Assembly (NCBI RefSeq): GCF_004010195.1
Contig: NC_057719.1
Location: forward strand, 28,757,309-28,821,308
DNA from: Chiloscyllium plagiosum
Taxonomy: Eukaryota
Reading direction: 5' to 3'
Length of the DNA stretch: 64,000 bases
Below, one piece after another: positions 51,160-63,971 of the stretch; positions within the stretch are counted from its first letter, which is position 1; every line of letters begins with the position of its first letter. A model generated the notes under the pieces. That model was not told the origin of the DNA, searched no databases, and saw only the letters and a list, made by a program, of their open reading frames with translations. The position numbers and the translations under genes were made by a program.

Positions 51160-51245
51160 CATGATGTGGAGGTGCTGGTGTTGGACAAAGTCAAAAATCA
51201 TGTGACACCAGGTTATTGTCCAACAGGTTTATTTGAAAAACAAGT
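51160..51245 (-). mobile_element. PLE family A terminal fragment
   Basis: catgatgtggaggtgctggtgttggacaaagtcaaaaatcatgtgacaccaggttattgtccaacagg. Confidence 0.75.
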
Positions 51246-52004
51246 TTTTTAGCTTGAGCCACAGAGATCACATCTTTTTGGGCAGCTTTCTTCTAAGTTC
51301 ATCAGCAAGATCTGTTGCTTCGCAGTTGACTGCAATATCAGCCCAAACTTATCATGCAGGATGTAGGATCTTCACTGGAAAGATTCTCATGGCCTAAGCT
51401 GGACAAAATGATTCAGCATGAAGTCATCCTCATACGTGTGATCAGCTTTAAAAACTGTTCAAATGTGCCATGAACCAGGCAGAACAATCCAAATGAAACT
51501 AAAGTGCTCAAATGGGGAGGGCTATGAAGTTCCTATAACAAGTGATCTGGATCTACATTAATTGTATGGAACCAAGTGATGACCTTTCCAATATGACAGT
51601 CTAATTAAGCCTTCTTTTGAAAAAAAAATTCAATTTTGCACAAAAAAGGACTACTTTAGGCTTTTATCCTTATTTTTCGTTACTTTATTAAGTACAGAGT
51701 TCTTCATACATTCAACATTGATAACAGTCAAATTGTTCAAGATATTCTTATGCGCTCATTATTGTGGAAGGTTCACAGCTTAATCAATGATTATGTAACT
51801 GTGTTAGGCAGGAACATTTTCTACTACATGATTATTTATTGACCATGTCGGAACAGCAGGAATTGCAGTGGATTCTCGGCTCCAAATGAAAGATTTTACA
51901 TTGTGGACTCAACTGGGGAGAAGGGTAAACATTACCTGATTGGCAGGAATCTGATGTTATGGTAAGCTACTTTTTGTCTGTGATCACTCTTAAATCTAGC
52001 AATT

Positions 52005-54480
52005 GAAAGAGGCCAGTTGGCCCATTAAGTCCACCCTGCCATTCAATAGAGCCTCTCCTACTAGTAGAAACATCTTATCCACTTCCACGCTATCCTGGCC
52101 TCTCAGTATTCTGAAAGTTCCAATCAGATTCCTTCTCATTCTTCAAGTAGAGTTGAGACTCCTAAAAGAAATATGACAAGGTCTTCTTCCCAAGGATCAT
52201 TCCTGTAAACCTCCTTGATCCTTTCCAATGCCAGCAGTTCCTTCAATACAGGTCCCAAAAGTGCTCACAACATTCCAAATGGAGTCTGACCAGAGCCTTA
52301 TACAGCCTCAGCAGTACATACTCATATTCTAGGCCGGTTGAATTGAATGCTAACTTTGCCTTCCTAACAGCCAACTGATTCTGCATATTAACCTTAAGTG
52401 AATCCGAAACTAGTGCTCCCAAATTCCTTTGTACTTCAGATTTGTGATACCTTTTCCTATTTAGAAAATAATCTGTGCCTCTATTCTTCCTGCCAAAGTG
52501 CATTAAGTTCACACTTTCTCACATTGTATTCCATCTACCATTTCCTTGCCACACTCTCCTTGCCTACCCAAGTCCTTCTACAGCCTCCCAGCCTCCACAA
52601 CACTACCTGCCCCTCCACCTACCTTTGTATCATCTGCAAATTTAGCAACAATGCCCTCAGTTCCCTCAGTTAATAGATCCAGCACTGGCCCTGCAGAACC
52701 CGATTTGTCATTGGTTGTCATCCTGAAAAATATACCTTTTGCATTCTACTAATCAGCCAATCCTCTATCCATGCTAATTCCTTGCTCCTAACGCCATAGA
52801 TTTTAATCTTATTTAGCAGCTTCTTGTGTGCCTTGTCAAAGGACTTCTGGCAATCCAAATAGATCATGTCCACTGGCCTTCCTTTGTCTAACTTAATTGT
52901 TATCTTACCAAAGAATTCCAACAGATTTGTAAGCCATGACTCCTCTCAACCCTATGATTATGTGTTTCCAAGTACTCCACAATCTCATCCTTATGGACGC
53001 TAAAATCTTACCAACAACCAAGGCCAGGCTAACTAGCCTATTGTTTCCTGTCTTCTGCATCCTTCTCTTCTTATACAGGGCTGTTACATTAGCAATTTTC
53101 CAGTCCTCTGGAACTATCCCTCTAGACTGTAGTCCATTTGGTCTGGGTAATTTATCCACCTTCAGAACTTTCAGCTTCCCCAGCACCTTCTCCTCAGTGA
53201 TGGCCTCTATCCCCTGACAGTCTTGAAGTTCTGGAATGTTGGTGGTGCTTTCCACTGTGAAAGCTAATGCAAAGTATCTATTCAGCTCTTCCACCATTTC
53301 TTTGTTTCCCCAGTATTACTTCTCTGGCCTCATTTTCCAAGGTCCATTCTTGCCTCTTTCTTACCTCTTCGATATCTAAAGAAAACTCTTGCTCACTAAC
53401 TTACTCTCATATTTCATCTTCTCCCCCATTTTTGCTTCTCTAATTGTCTTCTGCTGGTATTTAAAGATGTCCCAATCTTCTGGCTTCCCACTAATCTTCA
53501 CCAGATTGCATGCTTTTTATTTTGCTTTTATGCTGACCCTAACTTTCCTTGTCAGTCACAGTTACTTCATCCTCCTCTTAGTATGTTTCTTCTTCCTTCG
53601 GATGAATTTCTGCTGTGCTCCCTGAATTACCCCCAGAAAACCCTGCCATTGCTGTACTACTGTCTTCTCTGCGAGGCTCCCCATCCAATCAACTCTGGCC
53701 AGCTTCTCTCTCATGTCTTTCCTCAACTGTAATACCATCGCATCTAATTCCACTTTCTCCCTCTCAAATAGCAAGGCATATTCTATCATATTATGGTCAC
53801 CAGCACAAATCTGCCTCATTACACACCACCACATCCAGAATTGCCTGTTCCTACTGGTTTTAACAAACTGCTCCAAAGAAAATCTCATCAACATTTCACA
53901 AATTCCTTTCCTTGATATCCCTGTCAACCCTGATTTTCCCAGTCCAGCTGCATGTTGAAGTCCACCATGATCTTTGAGATAGTACTTTTCTTGCATGACG
54001 TTCTGTCTCCTGATTTATCTTCTTCCCCACCTCCTGACCAACATGGACAATTCCCAACAGGATCATTTTCCTTTGCAGTTTTTCCATTCAACCCATACAG
54101 ATTCTATGCTTTCCAACTCTATATCACTTCTTACTGACCAGACAACCCCACACTCTCTGTCCATCTACCTGTCCAATCAATAGGACATATACCTTTGGAC
54201 ATTTAGTTCCCACCCGCGATCCCCTTCAGCCACATCTCTGTGATACCCAGAACATTGTAGCTGCCAATTTCAATCAATGCTACAAGCTTATTTACCTTGT
54301 TTCATACACTGTGTGTCTTAAAGTACAACACCTCAGTCCTGGGTTAACTGCCCCCTTCTCCCTTATCTCCTGCATCTGATGTTACATTCCAGACCCTTTT
54401 CATACTCTGTCCTATTACTTGTTCTGGAAACTTTAATAACATCTGCTGAGCCCTCCCCATCTTTAACGTTTTCTACAATT
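52005..54480 (-). mobile_element. CR1 copy, EN through 3' end, decayed
   Basis: PEDWKIANVTALYKK, DKGRPVDMIYLDCQKSFDK, LYKALVRLHLECC, GDHNMIE. Confidence 0.9.
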
Positions 54481-54527
54481 GTTCATGTAATTGAAGGGTT
54501 TACCTGCTGCTGCATTAGGTAATATAT

Positions 54528-54882
54528 TAGGCGATGGCCTAATAGTATTATCACTGAACTGTTAATTCAAATATCCAAATAATGTTCTGATGACCCAGGT
54601 TCAAATCCCACCACAGTAGATACTGGAATTTGAATTCAATTTTTAAAAACTGGGATTCAGTATCCAATGATAACCATGGAATCATTGTCGATTGTCAGAA
54701 AACCCCAACTGGTTCACTAATGTCCTTTAGGAAAGGAACCTTCCATCCTTACCTGGTCTGGCCTACATGTGACTCCAGCAATGTGGTTGATTCTTAACTG
54801 CACTCTGGGCAATTAGGAATGGGTAATAAATGCTGCCTAGCCAGTGACGCACTTATCCTGGGAATGAATAAAGAGAAAAAAA
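54528..54882 (+). mobile_element. tRNA-derived Deu-core SINE (SacSINE1-like), fuller copy
   Basis: gatggcctaatag A-box, ggttcaaatcc B-box, ggttcactaatgtcctttaggaaaggaaccttccatccttacctggtctggcctacatgtgactccagcaatgtggttga core, LINE-like tail. Confidence 0.85.
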
Positions 54883-55226
54883 ACATGCCTTTCTTTGTTA
54901 AAGACACAGCCTCAAATGCAGCACCACTGATTAAAGGGGCTACAACTATGAAAACAAATTAACATAAAAGAAAAGGAAGGAACAATAAGGAAAGATGAGC
55001 AAACAAGCCTTACACTCTGCTTCAATGAAAACAGCTATAGATCGTAATCAAATGAAAGGCAAACATTTCATTATGGATTGGGCAACAAGAGACATCTCCA
55101 TTGAATTATTTCTCGTTAAGCAAAATATATATAGGTTTACTTTGCAAATCAAGCTATAAATGATCTTGAGAAGAGATATCTAAAAATTTCACTTGGAATC
55201 ATCAAGGAGGAGCTTCACAGAATAAG

Positions 55227-55495
55227 ATCATAAGACCATAAGAGTTAGGAACAGAAGTAGGGTATTCAGCTCATTGAGTCTGCTCCACTATTCAATGAGA
55301 CCATGACTGATCAGATGATCCTCATTCCTCTTTCCTTCTTTTTTCCTATAACCCTTGATTCCCTCACTGTTTCTCTTAGCATTGAATATACTCAACAATG
55401 AGCCTCAATAGCCCTCTAACGTAAAATATTTCACAGATTCACAACCCTCTCAGAGGAGAAATTCATCCTCATTTCTGTCTTAAATGTGTGACCTC
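55227..55495 (-). mobile_element. CR1 3' tail
   Basis: cataagaccataagagttaggaacagaagtagg...ctgctccactattcaatgaga. Confidence 0.8.
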
Positions 55496-55684
55496 TCACA
55501 TGTTTGGCTGACAGTAAATGTAATATTTATAAAGCCCAATTATGATTGTTATCAACTGATCTTTTGGAGAATTCATGTTGTTATTGCTTTTTGTGGTTTA
55601 TTTAATCCTGGCCAATAAAGATATTTCACTGTTTTAGTCTGTGACTTCTTAAAATCGTTGCCGTTGGAATTTCATGAGTTACTT

Positions 55685-56480
55685 ATGAGGTGATGCATTT
55701 AGGCAAGTCTAATTCTAGAGCAAATTGTACAATGAATGGAAGAGCCTTGGGAAAAAGTTGATGGGCAGAGAGATCTGGAAGTGCAGGTTCATTGTACCCT
55801 GAATGTTGCTGCTCATGTGGATAGAGTGGTCAAGAAGGCATATGGTATGCTTGCCTTCATTGGACGTGGTATTAAATATAAGAGCTGGCTAGTTACGTTA
55901 AAATTGTACAAGATATTGGTTCGGCCGCAGTTAGAATACTGTGTACAGTTCTGGTTGCCACATTACCAAAAGGATGTGAACTCTTTGGAGAGGGTGCAGA
56001 GAAGGTTTACGAGGATGTTGCCTGATATGGAAGAGCTAGCTATGAAGCGAGGTTGAGTAAGTTAAGCTTGTTTTCATTAGAAAAAAGGAGATTGAGGGGG
56101 ACCTGATTGAGGTTTACAAAATCATGAAGGGTATAGAAAGGGTGGATAGAGATAAGCTTTTTCCCAGGGTGAAGGATTCAATTAAATAAGGATTCAATAA
56201 TTCAAGGTGAGAGGTGAAAAGTTTAAGGGGGATACACACAGCAAGTACTTCACACAGAGGGTGGTGGGTGTCTGGAACGCGTTGCCAGCAGAGGTGGTAG
56301 AGGAAGGCATGGTAGATTCATTTAGGATGCGTCTGGACAGATGCATGAGTAGGTAGGGAGCAGAGGGATGCAGATGCCTAGGAATTGGGCGATAGGATTA
56401 GACAGTAGGTTTGGATCAGCTCAGGCTTGGAGGGCCGAATGGCCTGTTCCTGGACTATAACTTTTCTTTATTCTTTGTTC
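55685..56480 (+). mobile_element. CR1 3' fragment
   Basis: QRDLEVQVHCTLNVAAHVDRVVKKAYGMLAFIGRGI...LVRPQLEYCVQFW. Confidence 0.93.
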
Positions 56481-56481
56481 T

Positions 56482-57395
56482 TTATAAAATTTCATAACCA
56501 TGCTCAGATAGCACGGCTATCTATAGACATTGGCTGGTATTTGAGATTTTCCCCATTTCCTTATTAAGACTTTATTTTTCAAATAATAACACTCTGGTTT
56601 CATTTTTGAGGCAATTTCTAAATAGTCTGGTTGATGTCACTCTCTTTAATCCAAATCTGTAACATTTCCATTAAATAAAGAACCTTATTCTCTTTTCCTT
56701 TATTCTTTTTAGTTAAATGTTCAAAAATTGTAATCAATAACTGAATTTTCAAGTCATCTTCCTGTTTCATAGACTTCTTTTTTTCTGATTTTATGTGTTG
56801 GAGATCAAGTGTCTTTGACATGTTACAATGCAATCAAGAAACAATCCAGGATGCTCTATTGCAATGTTTCAGTTTTTTTTACCTCCACTGCTTGTTATCC
56901 TGCATTTGGTGAAGCCAAAGCTTTTTAACCTGCCAGGCCATTTCTCAAAATAAGATCAATTCCTCCTCCAGGAACTTATTTCACAATTCCAACTATCATT
57001 TCTCCATTTAACAAGTTACTCTTTAATCCAACACTGTATAATGAGATTGGTTTTTAAACTCTATTAATACCTCCAATTAATTTCTCCTTTATCAACCCTT
57101 CTGGACAATGGTTCTCTCTCCATTCCAAATTATCTTATCTCCATTTTTCTTGATTTTTGTTTTTTCTCTTTTTATAGTTCAAATCTTTTTTTAAATTTCT
57201 AACAGTATTTTCACTAACCCCAGCTGCTTTTTCTTAATTTCAGGTTTCATTTCTCCCATCCTTATAAGCTTTTACTTTTACTTCTACCTTCCAATTATCT
57301 GCTAAATCTCTCAGTTTAGCTTTAGGCAAAGATTTTAAATAATTCACTGTTATATTTCCCACTTCTAGACAACTCATAGCAACATTCAAACCCAT
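56482..57395 (-). mobile_element. Decayed Gmr1-like Gypsy LTR retrotransposon internal fragment
   Basis: Reverse strand: MGLNVAMSCLEVGNITVNYLKSLPKAKLRDLAD (gag-like start), LVNGEMIVGIVK*VPGGGIDLILRNGLAG (protease C-end), EHPGLFLDCIVT, PECYYLKNKVLIRKW (pre-integrase). Confidence 0.7.
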
Positions 57396-58044
57396 CTTCA
57401 AATTTCATGCAATAAATTTCACCACAACAAGCTTCGCTAGATGCCACGACCACTCAGTAGACATTACTTTAACATAAAAGACACAGATCCATCTTAATTG
57501 TTCTGATTCCAGCTGATATTAAAATTCAAAAAGCAAAACCCCAAGCTTACAATAAGCAACGTTAAAAATGTATATCAACTACGTTCTACATCAAGATGGA
57601 AAATGCTTCTGGTATATTTGGTAATCTAATTGGTATTAGTCATGCTACGAATGCAAAATGGGGAAGGATGTCCACATAAGGTTTTCAGCAGAAGTTTGAC
57701 TTTCTCTTGATAATGGTTAAGGTTTATATCATGTTGATTAATAGCTAGTTTCATTACATCTGGTATCTTGTGAGACATCAGGCTCAGCTTCAGAGTAAGT
57801 ACCAGCTATTAAGAGCTACATGGACTTAGCATGAGACCAACAACAACTAAAAAAACACACACACCCAAGCTCCTCCCAGGATTAGTCCTTTCTCAACTGA
57901 TTGCTGTGCTGTCAGTTCACTATTTCCCCTACTACTAGCTTTATACAATTTATACTTTACCATATATAAAATGAGTTGGCAATAAACTAAAATTAGAAAA
58001 TATATTAAAACAATCTCATTTTTGTTCAAATAAAATATAATAAC

Positions 58045-58279
58045 TGTAGTGATTATAATGAGGTTGGCCAGGTGGACCTCACAGTATATGAGTTTCCTGT
58101 CTGGGGCTGTTAACTAGTCCAATCAGGGAGCCCTGACTGACAGAGAAAAACAGGAGTGTCAGAGATTATGTTGACTCTGACAGCTGGCTCTGATGAAGCT
58201 GGACCACTGTCAAGTATTGTGCACCTGTAAATAAAGGGTGACTTGAAAATGGGATAAAGGCTTCTGTGGAGTTATTTCA
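58045..58279 (+). mobile_element. Solo LTR, 235 bp
   Basis: TGTAG...TTCA termini, exact 5-bp TSD ATAAC (58040-58044 / 58280-58284), CCAAT at about 58119, AATAAA at 58230-58235. Confidence 0.85.
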
Positions 58280-58384
58280 ATAACTATGAATGCTAAAAAG
58301 AAATTTGAACTGAAACTTGTAAAATCATGAAAATAGCTAGCAATTTTACCTTAGTCATTGTCACATAGAATGTCATTTGTGATT

Positions 58385-58620
58385 TTCACAGGAGCTGTTT
58401 TGATCCTGGGACAGGGATGGAAACTGATTAAAGGAATTCAGACATTAAGTTCTGGAAAGAAGATATACAGATTTGGGAGGTGACAGCATTTTCAAAGATT
58501 TTGGAGTGGAAAATAAATTTTGAGATAGAGGGGTCAAGGACTGCTTTCTGTGGGGAAAGGTGTGGTGACTGCAGATTTGAAAGAGAGTGGGATACTACCT
58601 GAAAAGAGAGAAATTTTAAC
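58385..58620 (-). mobile_element. L2-type RT fragment, old
   Basis: ORF track DPSISKFIFHSKIFENAVTSQI resembles L2 YRPISNLPFLSKILEKAV..QI. Confidence 0.6.
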
Positions 58621-60024
58621 AATAGCAAGTCAATTGACCTTTGAAAATTACAAATCAGTTAACATGTAACTAAAATATAATGTGTAACTCTGCATCTGAA
58701 GAGTTTTGATGAAAGTTTACAAAACTGTTAACCCATTTCTTGTCTTTTAAGTGTAGATCTCTGCTTTACCAGCAGCTACTATTTTCACATTCCTTTAAAT
58801 ATTTGCCTACACTGGCCAAAAAATGCGGTCAAACCACTCAGTCAACACTCAGCTATCCAGTTGCTTTCTGTTTGTGTCTACAGTAAATGTAAGAGGGCAA
58901 GATTAAATACTTTAAACATCTTAAATATTATAAATTTCTTAATAAATAATAGGGTATTTGCTTAGGGCCAACAACATTGGGGTCATGTCAGTGTTTTCAA
59001 TTTACATTTTCGCAACTCTAACCTGATGAAATCAATCATTTTCAATGCAATTTATTCCTTAGAGGCTATTCTCATCTAAATGTTTGATCCTCTAAATGTT
59101 TTCTGCAACTTGCCAGCAGGACAGCAAACATCATCTCATCTGGTGAGATCTGTGAAATTGTGGCTTGAATATACAAAAGCGTTGTCAGGATACCATTTCT
59201 GTCCTGAAAATTATTAAACCCAGTCAGTAAAAACCTGGAATTGAACAACATCTCTTGAGCATTTTGATATGCACTTATGCTTTCTCATCTGCTGAGGCAT
59301 TGTAAGTGTTATAGACTCACCTTGTCCCTTGATATACTGTTAAATCTAAGTTAAGAGATAACCAGACACTTCTTCTTTTGTTTCTTGTTTTCAAAAAGCT
59401 AAGTTTGTTCAGGAAAAGTAAAACATTTATTGAGGTTAGAGATCATACATACATTTACTAACCTAAATTCATTCTGTCAGTTGAAATGCTAGAATTCTGA
59501 GTCACATATTGTTCTCAAATCTTGCGTCCCTTTGTATAACGTGTTCTAGCTTTACACATTGAACAGGATTTTCCACTTTGGATGTAACAAATAGTGTTGA
59601 GCATCTTAAAGCTAGCCACTTGTGCCACAGCCAGGGTGAGGTGGATGTACGCATCTTGCAGCATGGGTTAAATGATGAATCACATTGGTTGGCTGGAGCA
59701 GGGGTTCTCACATCTGCCAGGAACTTGTTGGTCAAAGGTACTTGTCCAATAGTTAAAGGTCTTAAAGGTAGCCCTTCACTTCAGATCAGGACTACCGGGG
59801 GTCTTGATTAGTCACCCCCCAATACCATGGAATGACCACATACTAGGCAACAGCTTGGGCTCAGGATTTAACACTGATTTGCTACAGGTTATGCTGCATA
59901 CCAATGGAGAAAAAGACAATGCTTTTCCTTGGAATGGTACCGGGGTCTCCTATTAGACCTGGTCTGTAAAACCTGAGGTTTCTGTGAAGGTCAGTGAATA
60001 TGGTTAGCACAGAGGGGTGTTATA

Positions 60025-60668
60025 GAGGCTCAGTGGCTAGCACTGCTGCCTCACAGCACCAGGGACCCAGGTTCGATTCCACCTCAGGCAACTAGTGGGT
60101 GGCACGGTGGCACAGTGGTTAGCACTGCTGCCTCACAGCGCCAGAGACCCGGGTTCAATTCCCACCTCAGGCGACTGACTGTGTGGAGTTTGCACATTCT
60201 CCCTGTGTCTGCGTGGGTTTCCTCTGAGTGCTCCGGTTTCCTCCCACAGTCCAAAAATGTGCAGGTCAGGTGAATTGACCATGCTAAATTGCCCGTAGTG
60301 TTAGGTAAGGGGTAAATGTAGGGGTATGGGTAGGTTGCGCTTCGGCGGGGCGGTGTGGACATGTTGGGCCGAAGGGCCTGTTTCCACACTATAAAAAAAA
60401 AACTGTGCACAGTTTCCCCATATCTGCATGGGTTTCGTCTGGATGCTCCAGTTTCCTTTCACAGCCCAAAGATGTGCAGGTTAGGTGGATTGGCCATGCT
60501 AAACTGCCCAGGGATGTGCAGACTAGGTGGGATGTGCAGGCTAGGTGGATTAGCCATGGGAAATGCAGGATTATGGGACTGGGTGGGGGATGGTCACTAG
60601 ACGGTCAGTGTGGACTCATTGGGCCAAATGGCTTGCTTCCATATTGGAGGGATTCTATGACTCTATGA
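60025..60668 (+). mobile_element. Young HE1 V-SINE (60097-60402) inserted into an older HE1-like SINE
   Basis: Head at 60025-60092 is interrupted by a full copy with an A-tail; the older body resumes at 60403 with repeated gatgtgcaggctaggtgg units. Confidence 0.88.
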
Positions 60669-60829
60669 AATGTAATGCAGGAAAAGGCTGAGTGCTCTTC
60701 TATACTCAGGAAGGGTGAGTGCCACCATCTTTCATTGCTAGTTAACATTACTGGGGGAAACCCTCAGTCTAACTGTGTCACGCCACCAGCATATCACATT
60801 AATCTATAAGCCTCAGGATCATATGCACA

Positions 60830-61668
60830 GAGTCACAGAGATGTACAGCATGGAAACAGATCCTTCGGTCCATGCCGTCCAGATATCCCAACCCAATCTA
60901 GTCCCACCTGCCAGCACCCAGCCCATATTCCTCAATCCCTTCCTATTCATATACCCATCCAAATGCCTCCACCATTTCCTCTGGCAACTCATTGCATACA
61001 CAACTTTTTCTGTGTGAAAAAGTTGCCCTTTAGGTCTCTTTTATCTTTCCCCTCCCACTCTCTAGTTCTGGACTCCCCCACTCCAGGGAGAACACTTTGT
61101 CTATTTATCCTATCCATGCCCCTCATAATTTTGTAAACCTCTATAACATCACCCCTCAGCCTCTGATGCTCCAGGGAAAACAACCCCAGCCTGTTCAGCC
61201 TCTCCCTATAGCTCAAATCCTCTAACCCTGACAACGTCCTTGTAAATCTTTTCTGAACTCTTTCAAGTTTCACAACATCTTTCCGATAGGAAGGAGATCA
61301 GAATTGCACGCAATATTCCAACAGTGGCCTAACCAATGTCCTGTACAGCCGCAACGTGATCTCCCAACTCCTGTACTCAATACTCTGACCAATAAAAGAA
61401 AGCATACCAAATGTCTTCTTCACTACCCTATCTACCTGTGACTCCACTTTCAAGGAGCTATGAACCTGCACTCCAAGGTCTCTTTGTTCAGCAACACTCC
61501 CTAGGACCTTACCATTAAGTGTATAAGTGGCAAAAAGTAGTGGACCCAGCACCGATCCTTGCAGTACTCCACTGGTCTCAGGCCTCCAGTCTGAAAAATA
61601 ACCCTCCACCACCACCCTCTGTCTTCTATCTTTGAGCCAGTTCTGTATCCAAATGGCCAGTTCTCCCA
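60830..61668 (-). mobile_element. CR1 (HER1-like) RT-3' fragment
   Basis: VVEGYFSDWRPETSGVLQGSVLGPLLF; LERVQKRFTR..RLRGDVIEVYKIMRG. Confidence 0.94.
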
Positions 61669-61734
61669 GTCAGTGTGATACTATTAGGCAGGAACTGGGG
61701 CATCTAATTGGATTAGGTGCTTGACAATGAACCA

Positions 61735-62417
61735 GGTCAGATGTCAGATCTCTCAGTGTGAGAGCATTTTGGTGATAGTGATCAAACTCCATGACCTTAG
61801 CTATAATCATAGAGAGGGACAGGAACAGACAGAATGGGCAAGTATTTAATCGGGGGAGGAGGAATTACAATGCTATTTGGCAAGAACTGGGCCACCTAAA
61901 TTGGGAATAGATGTTCTCAGGGAAAGGCATGACAAAAATGTGGAGATTGTTTAGGGAGCACTTGCTGATATGCTGGATAGGTTTGTCCCATTGAGGCAAG
62001 GAAGGGATGGTAGGGTGAAAGAACCTTGGGTGACAAGAGATGTGGAACATCTAGTCAAGAGGAAGAAGGAAGCTTACTTAAAGTTGGGGAGGCAAGGATC
62101 AGACAGGGCTGTAGAGGGTTACAAGGTAGCCAGGAAGGAACTGAAGAATGGATTTAGGACAACTAGAAGGGGGCATGGAAAAGCTTTAGCGGTAGGATTA
62201 AGGAAAACTCTAAGGCATTCTACACTAATGTGAGGAATAAGAGGGTGGGCAGAGTGAGGGTAGGGCCAATCAGAAATAGTGGAGGGAACTTGAGCCTACA
62301 GTCAGAAGAGGTAGGGGAGGTCCTTAACGAATACGTTGCTTCAGTATTCAGTCATGAAAGGGACCATGTCGTTTGTGAGGACAGTTCAAAACAGGCTGAT
62401 ATGCTAGAACAGGTTTA
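61735..62417 (+). mobile_element. CR1 ORF2 EN/linker fragment
   Basis: gagcattttggtgatagtgatca (EHFGDSDH), KEPWVTRDVEHLVKRKKEAY, GEVLNEYVASVF. Confidence 0.88.
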
Positions 62418-62737
62418 ATGGGAGTGAAGCTCTTGGAGCTCATGGCTGTCACTCTTCTTCACTGTGGGAGCCTGCTGGTACCACTCTGTTTCCTTGAGAA
62501 ACTAGGACACCTGGAGTGAGGCTGAGGCATCTTGTTCACTTTCATTTTATCATAGATGCTGTGCACCCTTGACTAGAGTGATGGAGTGTAGGCTTGAGAA
62601 CAAATATGTAGCCACTAAGGATTCTGATCAATCTGACTCTCCTACACAGCCACCATCCTTTCCATGAAGGCAGCCAAGTGCTCACATCCTGGAGCCATGA
62701 TAGTGATTGAATGGACTCAGCCATCTTCTGCACCAGA

Positions 62738-63746
62738 CCAGCGCGGTAGATGTGATCTATGTGGACTTCAGTAAGGCGTTCGACAAGGTTCCCCATGGGA
62801 GACTGGTTAGCAAGGTTAGATCTCACGGAATACAGGGAGAACTAGCCATTTGGATACAGAACTGGCTCGAAGGTAGAAGACAGAGGGTGGTGGTGGAAGG
62901 TTGTTTTTCAGACTAGAGGCCTGTAACCAGTGGAGTGCCACAAGGATCGGTGCTGGGTCCTCTACTTTTTGTCATATACATAAATGATTTGGATGAGAAC
63001 ATAAGAGGTACAGCTAGTAAGTTTGTAAATGTCACCAAAATTGGAGGTGTAGTGAACAGTGAAGAAAGTTATCTCAGATTACAACAGGGTCTTGATCAGA
63101 TGGGCCAATGGGCTGAGAAGTGGCAGATGGAGTTTAATTCAAACAAATGTGAGGTGCTGCATTTTGGGAAAGCAAATCTTAGCAGGACTTATACACTTAG
63201 TGGTAAGGTCGTGCAATTCTGCTCTCCTTCCTATTGGAAAGATGTTGTGAAATTTGAAAGGGTTCAGAAAATATTTACAAGGATGTTGCCAGGGTTGGAG
63301 GATTTGAGCTATAGGGAGAGGCTGAACAGGCTGGGGCTGTTTTCCCTGGAGCGTCAGAAGCTGATGGGTGACCTTATAGAGGTTTACAAAATTATGAGGG
63401 GCATGGATAGGGTAAGTAGACAAAGTCTTTTCCCTGGCGTGGGGGAGTCCAGAACTAGAGGACATAGGTTTAGGGTGAGAGGGGAAAGATATAAAAGACA
63501 CCTAAGGGGCATTTTTTCGCACAGAGGATGGTATGTGTATGGAGTGAGCTGCCAGAGGAAATGGTGGAGGCTGGTACAATTGCAACATTTAAGAGGCATT
63601 TGGATGGGTATATGAATAGGAAGGGTTTGGAGGGATGTGGGCTGGGTGTTGGCAGGTGAGACTAGATTGAGTTGGGATATCTGGTCGGTGTGGATGGGTT
63701 GCACTGAAGGGTCTGTTTCCGTGCTGTACATTTCTATGAATCTATG
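62738..63746 (+). mobile_element. CR1 (HER1-like) RT-3' fragment
   Basis: AVDVIYVDFSKAFDKVPHGRL; PQGSVLGPLLFVIYINDLD; tail tttctatgaatctatga. Confidence 0.95.
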
Positions 63747-63754
63747 AGTGTATG

Positions 63755-63970
63755 TGCCTATCCCTTCTCACAGACTCTTTGCAAGCTGTTCACCACCTAC
63801 TCATCCTCAGATCTGCAGGTCCAGTTCCCAACCCCCTGACAAATTAGTTTAAACCTCCCAAAGAGCTCTGGCAATCATCCCGCCCAGGATATTGGTGCCC
63901 CTCCAGTTCAGGTGCAACCAGTCCATTTTGTACAGGTCCCAGCTTCCCCAGAAGGTATCCCAATGATCCA
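63755..63970 (-). mobile_element. CR1 ORF1 (SGNH esterase) C-terminal fragment
   Basis: Reverse strand DHWDTFWGSWDLYKMDWLHLNWRGTNILGG (DGLHLN-type motif). Confidence 0.8.
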
Positions 63971-63971
63971 T

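Noticed and set aside
51250..51600. Weak Myb/SANT-like reading (VWADIAV...) suggesting a Harbinger ORF1 relic
   Set aside because: Too degenerate to support by eye; no TIR or TSD found.
62935..63615. 226-aa ORF
   Set aside because: Internally deleted CR1 RT fragment (FADD motif mutated to FVNV); not a host gene or an active element.
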